A stretch of 64,000 nucleotides of DNA, taken from the NCBI GenBank assembly GCA_046563655.1, contig CM102289.1, positions 2,108,001-2,172,000 of the forward strand. The letters run 5' to 3'. Below the pieces are notes generated by a model, which was given only the letters and a program-made list of their open reading frames with translations, was not told the DNA's origin and made no database searches. Below are positions 62,905-64,000 of the stretch, piece by piece (positions within the stretch are counted from its first letter, which is position 1; each line of letters starts with the position of its first letter). Made by a program: the position numbers and the translations under genes. The stretch is from Yuukianura sp. NJ FZ-2021 (Eukaryota).

Positions 62905-64000
62905 TTACAAGGGAATAACCTTTATAGTTGGGCTAAAGCGGTGGCTTACGTTCGTCAATATTTTTTGAAATCCAAACTCTTTGGCCGCTACAAAAACGGA
63001 TAAATCAACTCCCACCAGAAACAGGACAAATATTGTATCGCACTTTTTAGTCAGCTGTAACGGGACAGGTTGTGCCATTTCCCACTGAAATTCAAATTCT
63101 TTTTTCTCAAAATTCATTTTTCCATGGTAAGTTCTTATTTTTTCCCAGTAGTGCAGAAATCCGCCGGTAGAGAGCGCATCTACATATGGTTTGATGTAGA
63201 GGTTGTCAAAGTCCTCTTGCAGAAGTTCTATCAAGTACTGCCTACTTCCAAAATTAAGTGTTTCCATTTCTTTACTTTTTGTATTGCCGATGTATGCAGC
63301 CTTTCGGTTCAAAGTAGTTTTGAAATGAGGCCAAAACGTGTCCTCCATCGGTAAAGCGTAAGCTGTATTATCACATTGCGCAAGTTCAGTAGAAATAAGA
63401 TAATTTGGATGTGGCCTGCCGAAGTTTTTCATAAATGCGTAGTAGTCATGGATAGAATTTCTCCTCACATTAATTGGTGCTGAACAGTCGTAAGGACCAA
63501 CCGGGTTTGACGCATAAGTTGACTCAAAATGGCACGTTTCTCTTGAATTTTGTTGTTCGTGGGAATGGAGTCATATGTCGATTGATTCAGTTGAAGTATT
63601 AGTTCGAATGAAGCCTCTCATGTCGGTAGCGTATTGAACATACTTGAACTCCAGTTGCACTTGTTGGCGTACACGGCGACCAGCGGTAAGTTATACTTGG
63701 TGAGAATTGAGAAATTTGCGTTGAGCACGTCGTCAAAAGTCTCAAGCCCTTTCCACGGTGGAGCCAATGACAGTCGAGCTGTAAGGCTACCTCGGTAACT
63801 ATTAGCTAAAATTAAACTAAGTAGTATTAGAGGCATTACCACCAAGGCGTAGTGGCTGCTTTTAGAGTTTTTCAGAAATTTTAGGAGAAATTTCAAGTAG
63901 AGATGCAAAAATTATGAATCATGGAGTATCGGTTGCGTTTAGCTTACAAATGATACCCCAGGTTAGAACGTACGTGTTACAAATTGTTAAAGTAATTACG
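62905..64000 (-). pseudogene. Divergent, largely intronless IR-like receptor, probably a pseudogene; runs off the window end
   Basis: M3-like LILANSYRGSLTARLS..GLETFDDVL, S2-like LSTGGFLHYW and an M4-like segment; in-frame TGA at 63618-63620 and a frame change near 63470. Confidence 0.55.

Noticed and set aside
63618..63620. In-frame TGA as selenocysteine or readthrough
   Set aside because: A frame change follows about 150 bp later and no SECIS was recognised; pseudogene or sequence error is simpler

Overview
Gene-dense, AT-rich eukaryotic DNA with many short GT-AG introns. The gene content is arthropod-like (ionotropic receptors, a BEL/Pao element); a soil hexapod such as a springtail is my inference and is not provable from the window. 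Order: PHF7/G2E3-like PHD/RING gene (+), ABCC4/MRP4-like transporter 1 (+), a fungal-looking multicopper oxidase (+), MAEA (-), an M12B/ADAMTS-like metalloprotease (+), an AMPA-type glutamate receptor (-), a LOTUS+Tudor (TDRD5/Tejas-like) gene (-), ABCC4-like 2 (+), NTHL1 (-), ABCC4-like 3 (+) interrupted within a coding exon by an intact BEL/Pao LTR retrotransposon, two tandem ionotropic receptors (-), a deleted CMC/EnSpm-like element, a DUF4789-like gene (+) and an IR-like pseudogene (-). Several MITEs and tRNA-derived elements are also present. Main finding: the glutamate receptor has two tandem, phase-compatible, mutually exclusive two-exon cassettes for S1-M1-M2. One encodes Gln (CAA) and the other Arg (CGA) at the pore Q/R site, suggesting the Ca2+-permeability switch is set by alternative splicing rather than A-to-I editing. 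All calls were made by eye; exon boundaries are approximate unless stated.
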